From Neoechinorhynchus agilis (lineage: Eukaryota > Animalia > Acanthocephala): a DNA stretch of 64,000 nt. Each line of letters begins with the position of its first letter. The stretch's first letter is position 1. The notes under the pieces were generated by a model. It made no database searches, was not told the DNA's origin, and saw nothing but the letters and a program-made list of their open reading frames with translations. A program made the translations under genes and the position numbers. The stretch is from the NCBI GenBank assembly GCA_051530055.1, contig CM121341.1, positions 9,402,784-9,466,783 of the forward strand, written 5' to 3'. Of the stretch, positions 61,560-64,000 are shown piece by piece.

Positions 61560-63720
61560 TGCCCCACCCATTGTGAGCGTTCGTAGAAATTTTAGTGACT
61601 ATTCACTAAGTTAATTTCAACCAGAGCAATGAATTTACCTCCACGTTCAATGTGGACGCCGCCATTGCTTGAGTCATCAAATAGAATGCTTGGATTATTA
61701 TGATAAAATCTTTTTAAAAAAGTTCAGGCAGTCTCGAGCATTTCTAATAGAAAATGAATACTTTTTGCCGACAGACGAAGCGCTTAACGAAATGCTCATA
61801 TAGTTGCAAAACTGTTGATTTCTCAATAGTTACTACCCGGTATTATTATTGCTATCAGATGGCTAAAGAGACGTGGGAATGCCATTTTCGGTCTTGTTGG
61901 AACTGGAGGCCCAAAATTCGAAGGTTAGCGACGCGTTTTATCGCATTTGGTAGATATGGCTGTGTTTAGGATGACGGGTTTCCTTTAAGAGCCTGGATCA
62001 TCTCAAACGATTTCGAGAAATTGATCGATAATTTCATGCCGTCGCAGAAATCTGTAATGTTTGAGATTTCAGCCCCGTTTGTCCTAGACGGGAACTGCTG
62101 GATATTTTATACGAGGAGGTGGGCTAGAAGAGGAGACGAGGACGCAGGAGTGATCTGAGTTGGCGAATGGCGGTAGTTTAGTAGCGGTTGTGTAGGCTTG
62201 TATGTTGGAGAACACTTTTTCGAGGCGGGATTTTTGCCGTGTAGGAAATTTGATGAGTTGATGCAGGTCAGAGAGTGGCGTAAATTGAAAAAGGTTGTTA
62301 AAGTCGCCTGCAGTGAGGAAGTGGTGTGAATTGTTGCTGTTGAACAGATCCATCAGTGTTTCTATTTGGGCTTCTGCGGCCGAAGGGCGAGAATAGGGAG
62401 GACGGTAGACGCCTGCGATCGAGAACTCTCGGAAGCTGTTTCTTAAGTGGGTGGAGAGATGAATGGCAATGAACTTAAGGTCGGGATGTTGTAGGGAACC
62501 TATGCAGGATACAAAATGGGGCAGTAGAGTGCGAAAGGATTGAGATTCCTCCCCCTGTTTTATCTTCGCGATAAGAGTGAAACGCTGAGAACCCGGGCAG
62601 GATTGCGGAGTCCTTGTTTATAAGGGTAAGCCATGTTTCGGTTGTTATTATGATATCCGCATTGGTGCTTGCTGACATACTTATAACCTCATCGAGTTTG
62701 AGAAGGAGGCTGCGAGCATTTGAGTAAAGTATCCTAGGAAAGTATATTTCCTTCTAGGATTGAGGCGATGATTTGCTGAGACCGACTTGGCGTCAGATAC
62801 GCTTAACTCGGTGGCGCATAAGGAGCGTTCATGGGATGGATTAGTGGGTGCGAAAATAGATGTGGAGCGTATATCGCAGGGATTGGGTGTGAGAATCGAT
62901 TTGTCGGATAAATTAGGGGTTGCTGTTGCGGTGATGGTCGTTGTAGAAGATACGGAGACGCCCATTGCTGTGCCAAAGGGGTATAGTTGGTAGTGCCGAC
63001 CAAGTTACGGCGGGTTCTTTGGGCACATTCGAAAAATTTACGGCGTTGGATCCATTTGGCTGAGACGAGGGATATATGGGCCGAGTTTTCTTGAGGGGTC
63101 GTGAGCGTAATTTTTGCTGTTGTTGATGAGTTCCCCCGAGAGCTTGAGGATGCTTTTTTGTGATTGTAAGGTTGAGCTTGCCCTTTGGGCGGAAATGCGA
63201 TAAGGAAAGGATGATGAGTGCATAACCCCTCCTTTTCCCACGAATAAAGAGGCTGTGAGCGGAGAGAAAATTCCGGCAAGAGGGTTTGGGTCATTTGCAT
63301 GATTTCTTGTTAGTGGTGTAGATTGCTCGAGGCATGATCAGTATGTGGGCATTCTGGGATTCCAGAAATGAAGACGCTGCAGTCTTGTGAATGGGCAGGG
63401 GAGTGAAGAAGTGGGGGCACTTCGAGGCGAGCGCGGTGGGCGAGTCAGGGCCGGTTCGAGGATTCTGAGTGTCCATACATTGAGAACACGTCAAGAGTGC
63501 CATCCTTTGCAATGGTCGATTGGATGAAAGATGAAGCTGATTTGATTGTTATTTTGTTTGGGGGGAGGGGCCGATTTAGCGTCCGGTACAGTAATGATAG
63601 TGTCGGATTCGGTTTGAGTTCGAAGTTGTGTGCTTACTTCAGTGATTGAGTGTTTAGGGGTTAATTTCGAGAGTATCCGTGCGCAACGGAACTCACACAG
63701 TCCGGGCTTGAACACGAAAT
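61560..63720 (-). mobile_element. Internally deleted L2/CR1-like LINE (ORF1, APE endonuclease, RT C-terminus)
   Basis: YSNARSLLLKLDE, IIITTETWL, TGGGISI, TAGDFN, PTRQKSRLEKVF and SDHSCV, then INFSKSFEMI and LRILGLQFQQDRKWHSHV; same family as 51690-53400. Confidence 0.8.
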
Positions 63721-63917
63721 ACGTTTTGTGTTTAGTTTGTTGGATTTTCTGACCATTTTAAAAAACTGACGAAGGCGGATGACTAGTTGCCTTGAATAGA
63801 TTTATTTTGCTGTTTTTAAGTTCTGAAATTTCGCAAAACGATTCTTGTCATTAAATGCCAGAATTTAAAAACGCCTAAACGAACTTGCTTATTTCAATTG
63901 AAACAGTCATTATTTCG

Positions 63918-63962
63918 GTTGTATTCTGGCGGAGAAATTGAAATGATTTTATTTTAAAATCC
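63918..63962. mobile_element. Single arm of the palindromic MITE family
   Basis: GGTTGTATTCTGGCGGAGAAATTGAAATGATTTTATTTTAAAATCC matches the arm of 35583-35830. Confidence 0.55.
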
Positions 63963-64000
63963 AGCTACTTATGTACTGTATCGACTACATTTAAACGGTG

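Noticed and set aside
51690-63720. Idea that the RT half (51.7 kb, +) and the endonuclease half (62-63.7 kb, -) are one LINE split by a 10-kb inversion
   Set aside because: The 62-kb copy continues into its own RT C-terminus (LRILGLQFQQDRKWHSHV at about 61.9 kb), so these are two separate copies.

Overview
AT-rich eukaryotic (not prokaryotic) DNA, most likely from a compact-genome invertebrate animal; the species cannot be identified from sequence alone. The genes have short GT-AG introns (mostly 36-52 nt). Many starts in the supplied ORF track are GTG/TTG and not real starts. Host genes: a tRNA-Sec(TCA), an MPST/TST sulfurtransferase, a B4GALT7-like galactosyltransferase, a divergent ERG4/ERG24 (LBR-like) membrane protein, two divergent 7TM receptors, several orphan genes and a highly divergent TBP-family gene. 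The TBP-family gene runs, via a single frame change, into a long Q/N/S/Y-rich tail with a PLDLS motif, and sits downstream of a perfect 24-bp E-box/CRE/E-box palindrome. The rest is a retroelement graveyard: about 7 CRE-clade (RT plus restriction-like endonuclease) copies, RTE, L2/CR1-like LINEs, two Gypsy remnants, a Penelope-like fragment, a tRNA-derived SINE family, palindromic MITEs and a 174-bp satellite array. Two capture events stand out. A 2.4-kb copy of the TBP-tail locus splits a CRE element inside its endonuclease, and a 90-nt Prp16/DHX38 helicase fragment sits inside another CRE copy. All family assignments come from by-eye motif recognition; no database search was run.
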